A stretch of 64,000 nt of DNA from Vulcanimicrobiota bacterium (GCA_963812155.1 CAWETW010000001.1:512001-576000), one strand, 5' to 3'. Numbered from the stretch's first letter, positions 35,511 to 46,741 are shown. The notes: generated by a model from the letters alone, not told the origin. Made by a program: numbers and translations.

Positions 35511-36434
35511 ATGAGCGCGCTGCTGCGTTCGGCGGTTCTCAGCGCGGCCGAAAGCCCGACGGTGCACCGATTCGTCGATCGCTACGGGATGCGGCTGGGT
35601 GCGAGACGGTTCGTGGCGGGGGAAACCGCAGAGGAGTTCTTGCGCGCCGCGCGCACCGCGAACGACGGCGGCTTCGCGGTGGCCGGCGGCATTCTCGGAG
35701 AAGCCGTGACGAATCCCGCCGAAGCCGGCGATGCTGCGTCACAGTATTGCGCGTTGCTCCAGGCGTTCGCCGAACGCCGAATCGATGCGAACGTCGCGTT
35801 CAAACCCACCCACGTGGGACTTGGCGTTGATCCGGAACTGGCGTTCGAGAACGCGCTTGCCATCGCGAAGACCGCTTTGGCAACCGGCAATACGGTACGC
35901 CTCGACATGGAGCAGTCGAGCGTCGTCGACGCGACGCTGGCGCTTTATCGGCGGCTGCGGTCGCGTTTCGACAACGTCGGCTTCGCGTTGCAGTCATACC
36001 TGTTCCGCAGCGCCAGCGACCTCGACGCAATCCTTCGAGTGCGACCCAACGTGCGGATCGTGAAAGGCGCGTATCTCGAAGCGGCTTCAGTCGCCTATCA
36101 AAAGAAGTCCGACGTCGACGCGAACTATCTGCGCCTTGCCGAAGTGGCGCTTTCCGGAGAGGGGTACACCGCCATTGCCACGCACGACGCCGCATTGATT
36201 GCCTGGGTCGAATCGTTCGCCGCGCGCAAGGGGCTGCCCAAACGCGACCGCTTCGAGTTTCAGATGCTCTACGGCATCGCCACGCCGCTCGCTCAACGGC
36301 TGATCGATCGAGGCTATCGCGTACGGCTCGCGATTCCGTTCGGCCGCAACTGGTTTCCGTATCTCATGCGCCGGCTCGCCGAACGCCCCGCCAACCTGGC
36401 CTTCTTTCTCAAAGGTGCGTTCGCGCGTGGGTAA
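35511..36434 (+). CDS. Monofunctional proline dehydrogenase
   Basis: RFVAGE, DME, QSYL-R, VKGAY, IATHD, EFQMLYG, RRLAERP. Confidence 0.92.
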   Translation: MSALLRSAVLSAAESPTVHRFVDRYGMRLGARRFVAGETAEEFLRAARTANDGGFAVAGGILGEAVTNPAEAGDAASQYCALLQAFAERRIDANVAFKPTHVGLGVDPELAFENALAIAKTALATGNTVRLDMEQSSVVDATLALYRRLRSRFDNVGFALQSYLFRSASDLDAILRVRPNVRIVKGAYLEAASVAYQKKSDVDANYLRLAEVALSGEGYTAIATHDAALIAWVESFAARKGLPKRDRFEFQMLYGIATPLAQRLIDRGYRVRLAIPFGRNWFPYLMRRLAERPANLAFFLKGAFARG

Positions 36435-37374
36435 CGCCGACACAAGGCGTTTGCAGGGAGTATGGGCGGCGGTCGTCACGCCGATCGACGCATCGTATGC
36501 GCCCGATGCCGCCAAAGCCATTCCGTATTACGGCGACTTGCTGGCGACCGGCTGCGACGGAGTGAATCTCTTCGGAACGACCGGCGAAGCGATGTCGTTC
36601 GGCGCCGGTCAGCGGTGCGCGATGATGGAAACGGTCGCGCGCAGCGGCCTGCCTATGGACCGCATCATGGTGGGCACGGGAGCCGCATCACTCGACGACG
36701 CAGCGACCGTTTTCCGGCAAGCAGTTGAATTACGGTTCGCCGGGATGCTGGTCATGCCGCCGTTCTTCTATCGCGACGCCGGCGACGACGGAATGATGCG
36801 CTTTTTCGACGCGCTGTTCGCGCGCGTCCCCGCGCCGCCGGGGCGCGTGATTCTGTATAACTTTCCGCTGATGAGCGGCATGACGTTCCACCCCGATATC
36901 GTCGAGCGGCTGATGGCGGCGTTTCCTCGCGCGATCGGCGGCCTGAAGGATAGCTCCAACGATCGAGCGTTGCAAGCGGAACTGCTCGCGCGCCATCCCG
37001 AACTCGCGGTGTTTCCGGGATCCGAACATTATCTCGGCGACGCCGTCGCCGGCGGTGGCGCCGGCTGCATTTCGGGCAGCGTCGCGCTCTGGCCCGAGTT
37101 GGCGCAGCGGGTCTATCTCCGGGGTCTGCCCGACGATGTGCGCCTGCTCGCAGCACGACGCGCGACGTTGACGGGACTACCGTTTATTCCCACGGTGCGC
37201 CACGGAATTGCGGCGCAACGCGGCGACGAGTCGTGGCGTATTCCGGTGCCGCCGCTGAGCGCGCTAACTCCAGCCGGACGGACCGAATTCGAACGCCGTA
37301 TTAGTGGGCTGAGGGGGTCGGCAGCGGCGCAGGTGATTGCGCGAGCGCCTGAGAGCCCAGCGTTCGAACGTTGA
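36427..37374 (+). CDS. Dihydrodipicolinate synthase family aldolase
   Basis: VTP, GTTGE, PPFFY, LYNFP, GLKDSS. Confidence 0.88.
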   Translation: MGNADTRRLQGVWAAVVTPIDASYAPDAAKAIPYYGDLLATGCDGVNLFGTTGEAMSFGAGQRCAMMETVARSGLPMDRIMVGTGAASLDDAATVFRQAVELRFAGMLVMPPFFYRDAGDDGMMRFFDALFARVPAPPGRVILYNFPLMSGMTFHPDIVERLMAAFPRAIGGLKDSSNDRALQAELLARHPELAVFPGSEHYLGDAVAGGGAGCISGSVALWPELAQRVYLRGLPDDVRLLAARRATLTGLPFIPTVRHGIAAQRGDESWRIPVPPLSALTPAGRTEFERRISGLRGSAAAQVIARAPESPAFER

Positions 37375-39181
37375 CGCTATTCTTGGTGAGAATCGTGCCC
37401 TCGACGCGCTCGATCTCGACGATTGCTTTGTTGAGGTCCGTCTGCGCCAGCAACTCGCGTCCACGGTTTTGCTCGAGCTCGACTTGACGCCGTAAGACCA
37501 AGAACGTCGTCGAGGCGCCGTTGTGATACTTGCGGACTTCGCCGGCATAGACTTGCTCGGAAGACATTCGCCCGATCCTCGCCGCATTGAGACGCGACAG
37601 CGCCGAAAGATACGACTGCAGCGCGTTGCGAGCGTCAAAGCCGATTCTCGCTGCGACTCCGGCCGCGAACACCGCGGCTTGCTCGCGCTCCTCTTGCGCC
37701 ACGTCACGCAGCCCGCTCGCAAGGTGATTGCCGAGCGGGAAGCTGGCCGTTACGCTCACGTTGAAACTGGGGTAGCGAAACGTCCATAGATTATGGTAGG
37801 CCTGCGGCATCGCGCCTTGGGTGTAGGGCGGCGGCGTCGGACAGTCGGGAGCATTGCCGAACGGGCAGTGACTCGCAATGATGTCGGGCGTCGCTTGCAG
37901 GAGCCCGGCGAAACCGTTGCTTTGGTACGTTATCTGCGCGTCTAACTGCGGCAACCCTTGATTCTTTGCGTAGGAAAAGTCGATCGCCGCCTGCCGGTAC
38001 TTGTCGTTGGCCAGCCGGATCTCGGGCCGATTTCTCAATGCGTTCGTCACGATCTCGTCCAGCGTAGGCACGTCTGGAAGTTCCGATACATTGCTCGCGG
38101 GCACCAGATTTGCTTTCCAGATCGGATCGTCGGCACTGGTGACGAGCAGACCCTTGAGCTGATTTTGAAGCCGCGAAACCGTTTGAACGGCGGCGAACAC
38201 GTTGTCCTGGAACGTTGCCACTTGCGTCGTCGCCTCGGTGACGTCAATGTGCGCGGCGCCGCCCCGTTTTGCTAGGCGTACGATACTCTGCTGTTCCGTA
38301 ACCGCATCTCTCAGCGCCGCTTCTTGAATGGCCACGTTACGCCAGGCGGCCAGCAAGCTCCAGTACGCGTCCTCAACTTGAGAGAGTGCGTTCGACGCGT
38401 CGACCAGCGCCTGTGCCGACGTGCTATCGGCATTGACGATTGCAAGCTGATACTGCCGCTTCGCGGAATTCATTCCGAGATTGCGCAGGAGCGGCTGAGT
38501 GAGCGAAACGTTGAGCGTAGCGAGATAATACGGGTTGAACGCGTCGAACGTCGTGTTGTTGTACGTGCGCGTTTGTTGGATGCCGGCGGCGAACTGGGCG
38601 CCGTTGACCGTCTGCCCGCCCAGCCCGTATTGGAGGGAGTATTGATGCTGGAGGATGTTTCCGGGCCCCTTCCCCGGCTCGGGCGACGGAACGGGATTGA
38701 TGCACCTGATATCGTTGCGAGGGAGGCAAGGATACAACTCGGTGTCGCCGGGACCTGCGAAGAACAGATTCAGCGGCGGCTGGACGCTCATGCTCGATGT
38801 GGGAGCCACTTGCAAGCGCACGTCGAACGCACCCTTTGCTTCGACGATCTGATAGTGCGAGATTCGCGCGTTCGACGCGGAAATCGCCAGATTCGGATTT
38901 TTCAACAATGCCATTCCGAGCGCATCTTCCATGGAGATCGCGACGAACGGCTGCTGCGTAACGCCGGCGATGTCGGCATTGCTGGGCGCGGCGCTCGGCG
39001 CGCCGTAGCCGGGTGCCACGGTCGGCAGCAGCGGCAGGAGCGGCGACGGAACGTTGGTCGGCATCGGCGCGCGCACGGCAACCGGACCGCCCTGCGCCGC
39101 TGCTTCGTGGAACGGAAGCGTTGCGGCGACGATGGCGATCAGCGAGACGCCGACCCACAGATAACGACTCTTGCCGAACAC
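37301..39181 (-). CDS. TolC family outer membrane efflux protein (copy B)
   Basis: Signal peptide, ALLKNPNL, LTQPLLR, VEDAYWSL, LPQLD, Y-NGASTTFLVL. Confidence 0.88.
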   Translation of the reverse strand: MFGKSRYLWVGVSLIAIVAATLPFHEAAAQGGPVAVRAPMPTNVPSPLLPLLPTVAPGYGAPSAAPSNADIAGVTQQPFVAISMEDALGMALLKNPNLAISASNARISHYQIVEAKGAFDVRLQVAPTSSMSVQPPLNLFFAGPGDTELYPCLPRNDIRCINPVPSPEPGKGPGNILQHQYSLQYGLGGQTVNGAQFAAGIQQTRTYNNTTFDAFNPYYLATLNVSLTQPLLRNLGMNSAKRQYQLAIVNADSTSAQALVDASNALSQVEDAYWSLLAAWRNVAIQEAALRDAVTEQQSIVRLAKRGGAAHIDVTEATTQVATFQDNVFAAVQTVSRLQNQLKGLLVTSADDPIWKANLVPASNVSELPDVPTLDEIVTNALRNRPEIRLANDKYRQAAIDFSYAKNQGLPQLDAQITYQSNGFAGLLQATPDIIASHCPFGNAPDCPTPPPYTQGAMPQAYHNLWTFRYPSFNVSVTASFPLGNHLASGLRDVAQEEREQAAVFAAGVAARIGFDARNALQSYLSALSRLNAARIGRMSSEQVYAGEVRKYHNGASTTFLVLRRQVELEQNRGRELLAQTDLNKAIVEIERVEGTILTKNSVNVRTLGSQALAQSPAPLPTPSAH

Positions 39182-39185
39182 GCTT

Positions 39186-41072
39186 TTACGGACTTGGCGT
39201 CGGGAGCGGAGCTGGGGATTGTGCGAGTGCTTCCGAGCCGAGCGTTTGCAGGTTGACGCTGTTCTGCGTCAGTATCGTACCCTCGACGCGCTGGATTTCG
39301 ACGATGGCTTTGTTCATGTCGGTTTGCGCCAGGAGCTCGCGACCGCGGTTCTGCTCGAGCTCGACCTGCCGCTGCAGCACGAGGAACGTCGTCGAAGCAC
39401 CGTTACGGTACTTGCGGACCTCGCTGGCGTAGACTTGCTCGGCCGACTCGCGCGCAATCCTCGCCGTGTGTAGACGCGAGAGCGCCGACTGGTAAGACTG
39501 AAGCGCGTTGCGCGCATCGTATCCGATTCGTCGCGGCCACGCCCGCCGTGTAGATAGCGGCTTGCTGCATCTCTTCGTTTGCTACGCCGCGCAACCCATT
39601 GGCTAGATGATTTCCGACCGGGTAGCTGACGGTGACGCCGATATTGAAGGTCGGATACTTGAAGGTCCACAGGTTGTGATACGCCTGCGCCATCGCGCCC
39701 TGCGTATACGGAGGCGGCGTCGGACAGTCTTGCGCTTGCTGGAACGGACAGCCTTGCACGACGGCGTTGGGCGTCGGCTGCAGCAGACCCGCGAAGCCGT
39801 TGCTTTGATACGTCACCTGCGCGTCGGCTTGCGGCAGCGCTTGACCCTTTGCAAACGCAACGTCGATATTGGCGGCGCCGTATTTATCGGCGGCCTGTTT
39901 GACTCTCGGGACGATTTTTCAAGGCTGCGGCGACGATTTCGTTGAGCGCCGGCGCCGGTGGCAACTGCGATACGCTCGTCGTCGGCACCAGGTTAGCCAT
40001 CCAAATCGGATCGCCGGCGTTGGTGACGATCAAGCCCTTGAGCTGGTTCTGCAGTTCCGACACGTTCTGCAGCGCGGAAAACACGTTATCTTGGAAGTTT
40101 GCGACTCTGCGTCGATACCTGCACGGCGTCGATCGGCGCAGCGGCGCCTCGCTTGGCGAGGCGCACGATACTCTGCTGCTGCGTCACCGCGTCTTTCAGC
40201 GCCGTTTCCTGAATCGCCACGTTCCGCCAGGCGGCTACTAGACTCCAATAGGCGGTCTCGACCTGCGAAATCGTGCTCGAAGCATCTACCAGGGACTGTT
40301 CCGAGTTCGAATCCGCGTTGACGATGGCGAGTTTGTACTGGCGTTTTGCGCTGCTCATCCCAAGATTGCGGAGCAGCGGTTGCGTCAGCGACAGATTCAG
40401 CGACGCGAGGTAGTACGGATTGAACGAGTTGAAGGTGATGTTGTTATACGTCCGCGTCTGTTGAATGCCGGCCGTATATTGACCGCCGCTCACCGTCTGA
40501 CCGCCCAAGCCGTATTGTAACGAGTATTGATGCTGGATGATGTTCCCGGGGCCTTCTGTGAACACCGGAGCCGGGGTGCCGCTGCCACTAAAGCAATTGA
40601 AAGAGTCCGGAGGCGTGCAAATATACTTTCCAACGTCGCCCGGACCGGCGAAGAACGGGTTTTGCGGCGGCTCGACGCTCATGCTCGAGGTCGGCTGGAC
40701 TTGCAGCCGCGTGTCGAAGGCACCCTTCGTCTCCACCACTTGGTAACCGGCGACGCGCATGTTTGACGCAGAGACGGCGAGATTGGGATTTTTGACCAGC
40801 GCCATCGCAATCGCGTCTTGCAGGGAAATCCCGACGAACGGCTGCTGCGCAACGCCCGCGATGTTGGCGGCGGTCGGCGCAGCGCTTGGCGCGCCGTAGC
40901 CGGGCGCGACCGTCGGAACGATCGGAAGAATCGGCGACGGAACGTTGGTCGGAATCGGCGCGCGCGACGGCATCGGGCTGCTTTGCGCCGACACCTGACC
41001 GATCGGCACCGTCGCTCCGAATATTGCGAGCAGCGAAACGACGACCCAAAGATTGCGTCCCTTGACGAGCAT
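39186..41072 (-). CDS. TolC family outer membrane efflux protein (copy A; frameshifts ~40100, ~39910, ~39530)
   Basis: Collinear paralog of the adjacent TolC gene, split over several frames. Confidence 0.85.
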
Positions 41073-41073
41073 G

Positions 41074-42603
41074 TTATTCTCCTCCGACGACGTCCAAACG
41101 AGGTTTCCTGAGCAGCACGACCAGTGGCGCCATCAGCAACGTGACGATGCCGACGGCGCGAGCCGTGTCGGCATACGATTGAACGGCGGCTTGACTGACC
41201 ACGAGACCCTCCAAACCCGAGAGCGCGGGTCGCGAGTGCTCGCCCCCGCGGGTTTGCAGAAACTGCGTGGTCGGCACGTGGCCGAGCGATTGCGTGTCGG
41301 CCAGTGCGCTCTGGTGGACGGTAAAACCGCGTACGAGCATCGTCACAAGCACGGCGGTCGCGATGCTGCCGCCGATCTGGCGCGAAACGTTGAAGAATGC
41401 AGACGTCGCGGGCACGTCCTCTGCCGGGACGCCGCCCAGCACTGCGATCGAGAGCGGTACGAAAATCTGCGACAGACCGACGCCGCTCACTACGAGCGCC
41501 GCGATGAACGTGCCGAACTGCGACTCGGGCGTCGTGACGCTGGCGAGCATCCAGTTGGAGATTCCCAACAGGATGAATCCGAAGAAAGCCGAGATCCGAA
41601 CGTCGACGATGCCGCGCTGCGCCAAAAACGCCGTGATCGGCGTGCACGCGATGACGCCTCCCGCGCGGAAGAGAAGCACCGTTCCCGACAACGTGGCTGT
41701 GAATCCAAGCGAATTCTGCAGATACTGCGGCAAGACGATGATCGATCCGTAAAGGCTAATACCGAGCACCGCACCGAGGATGCTGCCCGAGGCCACCTGC
41801 CGCATTTTTAGAATCCGTAAGTCGACGACTGGATTGGCCGAGCGCAGCGTCCAGAAGACGAACGCGACCAGTGCTACGACCGAGACGCCGGTGGCCAGCC
41901 GGATGTTACCGTCGTCGAACCAATCGTATTGCTGCCCTTGCTCGAGCACGAACTGCATCGCGCCGAGCCCGAGAGCCATCAGCAGTAAGCCCACCACGTC
42001 GAGTTTCTTGTGCTCCGGCTCGTGCGGATTGCGCAGATAGTTCCAAATCAAGAGTGCGGCGATGGTCCCGACCGGAAGGTTGATGAAAAAGATCCAGTGC
42101 CAGTTCCAGTTGTCGGTGATCCAGCCGCCGAGCACCGGACCGAGCGCGGGCCCGACGATGACGCCCATCGCGAAGATGCCTTGCGCCGTTCCCTGTTCGC
42201 GCAGCGGATAGGTGTCGCGCAGAATCGCCTGCGACGTCGCGATGAGCGCGCCGCCTCCCAAGCCTTGCACGACGCGCCAGAGGATCAGCGATCCGAGGCT
42301 CCCCGAAAAGCCGCACATCATTGAAGCGAACGTAAAGATGACGATCGACGCAAAGAAATACTGACGCCGGCCGAACCGCGCCGCCAGCCACGGCGTGATC
42401 GGAATGACGATGACGTTGGCGATGATGTAGCCGGTGACGATCCAGGCGCTCAAGTCGATGCCGACGCCGAAGTTGCCTTGAATGTTCGGCAACGACACGT
42501 TGACGATCGTGATGTCGACGATCTCGAGCAGCGTTGCGGCGATGACCGCAGCACTAATGATCGCCCTGCGTAGGCCGTACTCGACGACCGGGCTCTCCAT
42601 CAT
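41074..42603 (-). CDS. DHA2 MFS efflux permease (EmrB-like)
   Basis: D-TIVNVSLP, RFGRR, GP-LGP-LGG, WIFFINLPVG, RQIGGS. Confidence 0.93.
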   Translation of the reverse strand: MMESPVVEYGLRRAIISAAVIAATLLEIVDITIVNVSLPNIQGNFGVGIDLSAWIVTGYIIANVIVIPITPWLAARFGRRQYFFASIVIFTFASMMCGFSGSLGSLILWRVVQGLGGGALIATSQAILRDTYPLREQGTAQGIFAMGVIVGPALGPVLGGWITDNWNWHWIFFINLPVGTIAALLIWNYLRNPHEPEHKKLDVVGLLLMALGLGAMQFVLEQGQQYDWFDDGNIRLATGVSVVALVAFVFWTLRSANPVVDLRILKMRQVASGSILGAVLGISLYGSIIVLPQYLQNSLGFTATLSGTVLLFRAGGVIACTPITAFLAQRGIVDVRISAFFGFILLGISNWMLASVTTPESQFGTFIAALVVSGVGLSQIFVPLSIAVLGGVPAEDVPATSAFFNVSRQIGGSIATAVLVTMLVRGFTVHQSALADTQSLGHVPTTQFLQTRGGEHSRPALSGLEGLVVSQAAVQSYADTARAVGIVTLLMAPLVVLLRKPRLDVVGGE

Positions 42604-42617
42604 AGGACGGTTTCTCG

Positions 42618-43878
42618 CTACTTCGACGTCTTGACGAAGGTCTCGACGCTCATGCCCGGCCGCAACGGCATATCGGCGCGCTGATCGTCGATGGAGATGC
42701 GCACGGGGATGCGCTGAGACACTTTCACGAAGTTACCGGTCGCGTTTTGAGCCGGCACGAGCGCGTAGCTATTCTGCGAGGCGGGATTGATCGAGACGAT
42801 GTGCCCGTGGAACGTGACGCCCTTATAGGCATCGACTTTGACGTCGACCGGCTGCCCGATGCGCATGTTGCCCATCTGCGTCTCTTTGTAGTTCGACGTG
42901 ATGTAGATGGTATGGGGAATGAGCGTCATCAGCGTCAGGCCGGCGTTGATCGTCTGGCCCGACTTCGACCGTCTTTTCTCCGACGTAGCCGTCGATCGGC
43001 GAAACGATGTGCGTGTAGCCGAGGTTCTGCTTTGCCAGATCGAGCTGCGCCTTGGCCGCTTCGATTTGGCTTGGATCGCTGGCTTGCGCGAGTTTGCCCT
43101 GAGCCGTCGTCACGCCGCCCTGCGCGGCGGCCGCGGCCGCATTTGCGGCCGAGACCTTCTGCTGCGCCGCTGCGAGCGTCGCCTGCGCCGCGGCGATTTG
43201 GTCGTGCGCGCCGCGATATTGCGCGGCCGCTTGAGCTGCCTGCGCGCGCGCGGCGTCGAGTTGTTGGGAGGCGACGTCGCCGCTGGCGACGAGCGACTGC
43301 GCGCGCGAGTAGTCGTCGGCAGCCTTCTGATAGGCTTGCTGCGCCGCGGGCAGTTGCGCGTCTGCCACCATAAGCTGCGCCTGCGCCTGCGCGACGCCGG
43401 CCTGCGCCACCGGTTCTTGCGCCACCTGCGCGGTCACCTCGGACTGCGCGGTCTGCACGCCGCCGCGACCCTGCTGCGCGGTCGTGCGTTGGTTCGCGAG
43501 CGCCAAGTCGTACTGCGCCTGCGCTGCCTTCAGTCTGGCGATTTCGTCTTTATTGTCGAGCACGATCAGCAGCTGGCCGCGCTTGACCTGCTGGTTGGTG
43601 TCGACGAAGATGTGCTGGATTTTCTCCGGAATGCGGCTGGTGACCGCGACCAAGTCGGCGTCTACGCGCGCATCGTCGGTGCCCTCGTGCGAAAACGCGT
43701 ACACCGCCCACGGGATTCCGAAAATAAGCAGTACGACGACGACGATCGCAATGCCGGCGATAACGAAGACGCGCCTGCCCGGCCGCGAAGGCTTCTGGTC
43801 GAGATCGTCGTCGAATCTCGCGCCGTTACCCGCGTCGCGAGGCGCCTTTTTTTGCTGATCGACTTCGCGCGTATCCAT
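42618..43878 (-). CDS. HlyD/EmrA membrane fusion protein (frameshift ~42960)
   Basis: TDDARV, VK-GQLL, coiled coil, NYKETQ, NATGNFVKVSQRIPVRI. Confidence 0.92.
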
Positions 43879-43879
43879 A

Positions 43880-44503
43880 TTATCGGTTTCGAACTCCGTT
43901 AAGAAAGACGTCGATGTAAAATTGGAGTGCCGCGTCGGCACCGCCTTCGTGCAACCGGGAATGGGGGAACTTCTTGCCGGCGAGCGCGTGCATGAAGACG
44001 AACCCCATGAACGTGAGCGCCAGCTTCTGGGCATCGCCGTGCAGCTCGTTTGCATCGATGCGCCGCTGCATGAACTCCTCGACGACGTCTAAGATCGCCA
44101 ACTGCGGACGCCACGCGGTCGCCGCGAAGATGTCGGCTTCGTAGTCTTGTTCGACGAGCGACCAACGGATCATGTCCATCTGCGATTCCATTCGCTCGTA
44201 CATGGTGCGTGCGATCGTCAGCAAGTCGCCGGCGAGATCGCCGTCGAGTTGCACTGCGACGCCGCGAAGCGCGAGGAAACCGCAGAAATGCTGCGCCACG
44301 GCGACGATCAGCGCTTCCTTCGTTCCGAAATGGCGAAAAATGGTCGCCTCGTTGACGCCTGCGACGTCGGCGATCTCGCGCGTGGTCGCGCCGCGCTTGC
44401 CTTTTTTCGCGATTACTTCACGGCCCGCCGCAAGAATGCGTTCGCGCGTCTCTTCGGGCGATGCCGACTTTACCGAGTCGGCAACGCGTCGCGTCTCGAT
44501 CAT
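43880..44503 (-). CDS. TetR/AcrR family regulator
   Basis: TRERIL...TTREIADVAGVNEATIFRHFGTKEAL HTH. Confidence 0.93.
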   Translation of the reverse strand: MIETRRVADSVKSASPEETRERILAAGREVIAKKGKRGATTREIADVAGVNEATIFRHFGTKEALIVAVAQHFCGFLALRGVAVQLDGDLAGDLLTIARTMYERMESQMDMIRWSLVEQDYEADIFAATAWRPQLAILDVVEEFMQRRIDANELHGDAQKLALTFMGFVFMHALAGKKFPHSRLHEGGADAALQFYIDVFLNGVRNR

Positions 44504-45156
44504 TGCCGAAACGTTCCTTGCGGATCGACCGCGACGTTGGTGAGGTAGTTGCCGTAGTGCGCGTCGGCAACCGCGCGCACGTGCGGAATGTCGATTTCCG
44601 CGTGCTGCGCTTGCGGCACCCAGTACGAACCTTGCTTGCCGTACTGCTGCGTCATCGAGATCTTTCCGCCGCTCGTGTAGTACCATTCCATGCGGACCAG
44701 CGCGTAGCTCGCGGCGTCGACGTACGCCAGCGTGTGGTCGAGAATCGTGCTATGAATTTTCTTCGTGAGGCGCAGCACGATCGTTTGGCGGCCGTCGAGC
44801 ATGCGGACGCCGTCGAGCGCGACGTTCTGATCCTTTTCCCATCGCAGCGGATCGCCGATGTCGTTGAAGAGCCGCTCGAAGCCCTTGGCGTAGCTCGGTA
44901 CGCGATCGAAGACGACTTCGTAAGTGTCGGGGCGGCGGTAGTACGACGTGCCGTCGAGTTTCGGCGCGAGGAACGGAAAGCTCAACATCCGGACGTCGAC
45001 GTGGACGCGCGCGCGGTAGGATTGCAGCGACGGATTCATGTCGGCCATCTTGGATACGACGTCGTGCGGGTTCGGAACGCCGGCAGCGGCCGATGCGGCT
45101 GAGGGTCCGGCCACGAGCGCGGTAACGGCGAGGACCGCGGACACTAGTGCGCGCAT
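44500..45156 (-). CDS. Exported protein, probable LolA/lipoprotein-sorting-like fold
   Basis: Signal peptide, SYRARVHV, AYVDAASY, YWVP beta-rich pattern; coupled to both neighbours. Confidence 0.6.
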   Translation of the reverse strand: MRALVSAVLAVTALVAGPSAASAAAGVPNPHDVVSKMADMNPSLQSYRARVHVDVRMLSFPFLAPKLDGTSYYRRPDTYEVVFDRVPSYAKGFERLFNDIGDPLRWEKDQNVALDGVRMLDGRQTIVLRLTKKIHSTILDHTLAYVDAASYALVRMEWYYTSGGKISMTQQYGKQGSYWVPQAQHAEIDIPHVRAVADAHYGNYLTNVAVDPQGTFRQ

Positions 45157-45437
45157 CACGCCGGCTCCGCCGCGACCATCCCGAAGAGCCGGTCGAGCGC
45201 CGTGACCTGGAGCGTTCGCAGAATCGAGGGCTTGGTCGCGCTGAGGGACAGGTCGCGGCCGCTCGCGCGGGCGCGGCGCAGCAGCGTGATGAGACCGCGC
45301 ACTCCATCGGTGTCGAGAGAATCGAGGGAGTCTAAATCGAGGACGATGGTTGCTTCGCCCTCCGCCAGAGCCGCCAGCAGCGCCGCCTCTACCACCGGGT
45401 AGGCGTCGGGACGGTATTCGATCACAATCGATTCCAT
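45156..45437 (-). CDS. STAS domain protein (anti-sigma factor antagonist-like)
   Basis: IVLDLDSLDSLDTDGVRGL...LQVTALDRLF. Confidence 0.85.
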   Translation of the reverse strand: MESIVIEYRPDAYPVVEAALLAALAEGEATIVLDLDSLDSLDTDGVRGLITLLRRARASGRDLSLSATKPSILRTLQVTALDRLFGMVAAEPA

Positions 45438-45565
45438 GGTCTCCAAGTTTCCAGCCGGCCCGCGAAGGGGCGCTTGGCTGCAAGTAGGTACTTGCACGCA
45501 CAAAGTCTACCTCACCCGACAGAGCAATGCAAGTGCTTACACGCATCCCTTTTTGGGGGTGCGCG

Positions 45566-45614
45566 CCCTTCGACTGCGCTGCGCACTTCGTGCTTCGCTC
45601 CGCTCAGGGTGGCA
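45566..45614 (-). repeat. REP-like element, copy 3
   Basis: TGCCACCCTGAGCGGAGCGAAGCACGAAGTGCGCAGCGCAGTCGAAGGG on the minus strand. Confidence 0.75.
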
Positions 45615-45639
45615 CAGCGCTAATGCAGAAGCGGCTTGG

Positions 45640-46741
45640 ATGAAGCCCAAGCCTTTTGCCCTCGAGCGCTACTTCGATCGCTACGAATTTTCGACGCGGT
45701 ACCTGCTCTGTTCGAGCGACGCCGAGAGCCTGTCGCTGAGCGAGCGTGCTGGCGCTCGAGCCCGGCGCGACGGAGGGCCTGGCGGCGCTACGGCTCGGCT
45801 ACACGCCGGCGCGCGGCACCGAGGAACTTCGCGCAGCCATCGCCGCGCTCTACGCGAATATCTCTGCTGACCAAATCCTCGTGCACGGCGGCGGCCAAGA
45901 ACCGATCTTCTCCTTCATGAACGTCGCGCTCGAACCGGGCGATCACGTCATCTGCCAGTTCCCCGCGTACCAGTCGCAATATTCGATCGCCGAAGCGGCC
46001 GGAGCGCAGATTACGCGCTGGCAATCGGATCTCGCGAACGACGGCGCACCCGACCCCGACGACCTCGAGCGGCTCGTGCGCCCGGAAACGCGCGCGATCG
46101 TCGTCACGTCGCCGAACAATCCGACCGGCTACGTTTTCGACACCGAGCGTTTCGATGCGGTCGTCGCGTTCGCACGCAAACGCGGGCTTTGGCTCTTCTC
46201 CGACGAGGCGTACCGTGGAAGCGAACGCCATGCGGAGGATCGTCATCCGGCCGCTTGCGACGTCTACGAACGCGCCGTTTCGCTCGGAACGACCTCGAAG
46301 GCGTACGGCTTAGCCGGACTGCGGATCGGCTGGATTGCGACGCGCAATCGTGCGCTCTACGAACGCATGGCGGAATTCAAAGACTACGTAACGATTTGCA
46401 ACAGCGCGCCGAGCGAGTTCCTGGCCGCGATCGGCCTGCGCCACGCCGAGGCGCTCTACGAACGCGTCCGCGCCATTACGACGGCGAACCTGAATCTGCT
46501 CGACGAATTTTTCCGCCGTCGAACGACGCTGTTCGAATGGCGCCGGCCGCGCGCCGGCACGACGGCGTTTCCGCGCTATCTCGGCGGCAGCGCGGAGCGT
46601 CTATGCGACGACGTTGTCCGGCGCGCGGGCGTGTTGTTGCTTCCCAGCACGATTTTCGACGCGGGCGACGACCGCGTGCGCGTCGGGTACGGCCGCAAGA
46701 ACCTTCCCGACGCGCTTGCCGCGCTCGACGCCGCGCTCTAG
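45640..46741 (+). CDS. PLP-dependent class I/II aminotransferase (frameshift ~45745)
   Basis: FALERYF-YEF, LGY, PNNPTG, SDEAY, SKAYGLAGLRIGW. Confidence 0.88.
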
